A stretch of DNA of 15,686 nt from Candidatus Margulisiibacteriota bacterium. GTDB lineage: Bacteria; Margulisbacteria; WOR-1; O2-12-FULL-45-9. Below, piece after piece: positions 13,775-15,686 of this stretch. The stretch covers positions 1 to 15,686 of the forward strand of contig JBDRHP010000088.1 in the NCBI GenBank assembly GCA_043816785.1. The letters run 5' to 3'. The position numbers were made by a program, and so were the translations under genes. Each line of letters opens with the position of its first letter. Positions within the stretch are counted from its first letter, which is position 1. The notes beneath the pieces are model-generated. The model made no database searches. It saw nothing but the letters and a program-made list of their open reading frames with translations, and was not told the origin of the DNA.

Positions 13775-15686
13775 CAGAGTTTGAAGCCTTATTATCCGGA
13801 TTAAAAAGTTATAATCCCCAGGCGGATCTTGGGGTGGTCAGGAAGGCGTATGCTTTTGCCGACCACGCCCATCGGGAACATAAGAGACTTTCCGGCGAAC
13901 CCTATATTACCCATCCTTTGGCAGTGGCATCGATCCTGGTGGAGCTCGAGCAGGACCCTTTGACCATTGCCGCGGCGCTGCTGCATGATGTGGTTGAGGA
14001 TGCTGAGGTTAGCCGCGAGGACCTGACTAAAGAATTCGGGGCTGAAGTGGCCAAGCTGGTTGAGGGTGTTACAAAATTGAGCCAGCTGACCTTTACCAGC
14101 CGCGAAGTCCGCCAGGCTGAAAATTTCCGCAAAATGTTCGTGGCCATGGGTGAAGATTTTCGGATCATTGTTATCAAGTTATCGGACCGCCTGCACAATA
14201 TGCGCACCTTAAAATACCTGCCCCCGCCCAAACAAAAGGATACTGCTTTAGAAACCCGCGAGATCTTTGCTCCTTTAGCCCATCGCTTAGGCATGTGGCG
14301 CTTGAAGTGGGAGCTGGAGGACCTGGCGTTTTCTTTTTTAGAGCCGGACAAGTACGAGGAGGTCAAGGGCTGGGTGACGGAAAGCCGCGGCGCGCGCGAA
14401 AGATATATCAAGAGTTTTATTGAAGAGTCCACGGCCATGCTGAAAAAGGTTGGCGTTGATGGCCATAGCTACGGCCGGCCCAAACATTTCTACAGCATTT
14501 ACCACAAGATGGTCGATCAGAATTTAGACTTTGATGAGATCTATGATCTGACAGCTGTCCGGATCGTTGTTGACACCATCAAAGAGTGCTATGCCGTGCT
14601 GGGTCTGGTCCACGCGGCCTGGAAGCCGATCCCAGGGAGGTTCCGCGATTATATTGCCATGCCCAAATCAAATGGTTATCAATCCTTGCACACCACAGTC
14701 ATCGGGCCGTCCGGCAAACCAGTGGAGATCCAGATCCGGACCAAGGAAATGCACCGGATAGCGGAATATGGCATTGCTGCCCACTGGCGCTACAAAGAAA
14801 AAGATACTGATAAGGGGCTGGACCAGAAAATGTCCTGGTTTCGGCAAATGCTGGAATGGCAGGATGAGCTGAAGGATGCCAAGGATTTTATGGAAAGCTT
14901 AAAGATCGATCTTTTTGTTGATGAAGTTTTTGTTTTTACGCCCAAGGGTGATGTTTTTGGCCTGCCGATCGGCGCGACGCCGGTTGATTTCGCCTATCAT
15001 GTGCATACCGAGGTTGGGCATCGCACAGTTGGTGCGCGGGTCAACGGCCGGATCGTGCCTTTGGATTTTAAATTGCGCCACGGCGACATTGTTGAGATGC
15101 TGACCGGGAAAAAAGATAATCCCAGCCGGGATTGGGTGAGGTTTGTTAAGACCGCGGGAGCGCGGGTTAAGGTCAATAACTGGTTTAAGAAGCAGCGCGG
15201 CGTCAAAAAGGAAGAAGCTGCGCAGGCCATTGTGGCCAGGGAAGACGAGCCGCAGGTCAAGCCATTGCTCGTGCCGCGGCCCAGGGTTAAAGCCAAGTCA
15301 GCGGTCACGGTTTCCGGCCTGGAGAACGTCCTGGTCCGTTTTTCCCGCTGCTGCCGGCCGATCCCCGGTGAGGAGATCATTGGATTTGTAACTCGGGGCA
15401 AAGGCATTACTGTTCATCGCCATGATTGTCCCAATGTGATAAGCCAGGATATCCCAAAGGAGCGAGTTATCCGGGTAGATTGGAATCCCAAAAGAGAGAT
15501 CGTGTTTCCAGTGGAAGTAGAGGTTGAGGCTTTTGATCGAGTAGGGGTGCTCAAGGATATTCTGGGCCAGATCTCGGAGATAAAGACCAATGTTTCAGCT
15601 GCCAAGATCTCGACCAAGCGCGGCAGCTCCGCCTTTTTGCGCCTAACGGTTGATGTAAAAGATAAGCAGCATCTTGAAGAGGTTAT
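13771..15686 (+). CDS. rel: Bifunctional (p)ppGpp synthetase/hydrolase Rel (partial, continues beyond right edge)
   Basis: Own translation from ATG 13771 (ATGA overlap with the aldolase stop): RLSGEPYITHPL, LLHDVVED, KLSDRLHNMRTL, GRPKHFYSIYHKM, YDLTAVR, RFRDY, NGYQSLHT, EIQIRT, AEYGIAAHWRYK, TGS, SRCCRP...HRHDC, ACT. Missing from the ORF track because there is no stop codon in the window. Confidence 0.96.
   Translation, partial: MTEFEALLSGLKSYNPQADLGVVRKAYAFADHAHREHKRLSGEPYITHPLAVASILVELEQDPLTIAAALLHDVVEDAEVSREDLTKEFGAEVAKLVEGVTKLSQLTFTSREVRQAENFRKMFVAMGEDFRIIVIKLSDRLHNMRTLKYLPPPKQKDTALETREIFAPLAHRLGMWRLKWELEDLAFSFLEPDKYEEVKGWVTESRGARERYIKSFIEESTAMLKKVGVDGHSYGRPKHFYSIYHKMVDQNLDFDEIYDLTAVRIVVDTIKECYAVLGLVHAAWKPIPGRFRDYIAMPKSNGYQSLHTTVIGPSGKPVEIQIRTKEMHRIAEYGIAAHWRYKEKDTDKGLDQKMSWFRQMLEWQDELKDAKDFMESLKIDLFVDEVFVFTPKGDVFGLPIGATPVDFAYHVHTEVGHRTVGARVNGRIVPLDFKLRHGDIVEMLTGKKDNPSRDWVRFVKTAGARVKVNNWFKKQRGVKKEEAAQAIVAREDEPQVKPLLVPRPRVKAKSAVTVSGLENVLVRFSRCCRPIPGEEIIGFVTRGKGITVHRHDCPNVISQDIPKERVIRVDWNPKREIVFPVEVEVEAFDRVGVLKDILGQISEIKTNVSAAKISTKRGSSAFLRLTVDVKDKQHLEEV

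Noticed and set aside
13801..15617. Several short ORFs on both strands
   Set aside because: They are shadows of rel, which occupies one continuous plus frame from 13771 to the window end.

Overview
Bacterial housekeeping window. Minus strand: PorV-like barrel and a CTD-only protein, rpsB-tsf-polA, tldD, and the 5' end of a probable IS1182-family transposase at the left edge. Plus strand: yggS-sepF-proC-yggT, a PfkB kinase, a class II aldolase and rel (runs off the right edge). A second, divergent RelA/SpoT homologue sits in the opposite orientation between polA and tldD. It keeps its hydrolase motifs, has a decayed synthetase, carries an Arg/Ser-rich N-terminal extension and has a sigma28-like promoter. 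The lineage is inferred, not proven, to be a diderm relative of Cyanobacteria (Margulisbacteria/Saganbacteria-like). The most striking unexplained signal is a set of small palindromic and periodic repeats written into and between core genes. (i) A 28-bp hairpin occurs in 5 copies: two inverted REPIN-like doublets plus a single copy, each with its own complementary flanks. (ii) A 147-bp in-frame 'Russian-doll' insertion in the PolA proofreading domain has a 42-bp unit inside a 42-bp unit inside a 28-bp hairpin. (iii) Inverted heptamer/hexamer arrays occur, one of which encodes almost the whole signal peptide of the PorV-like protein.
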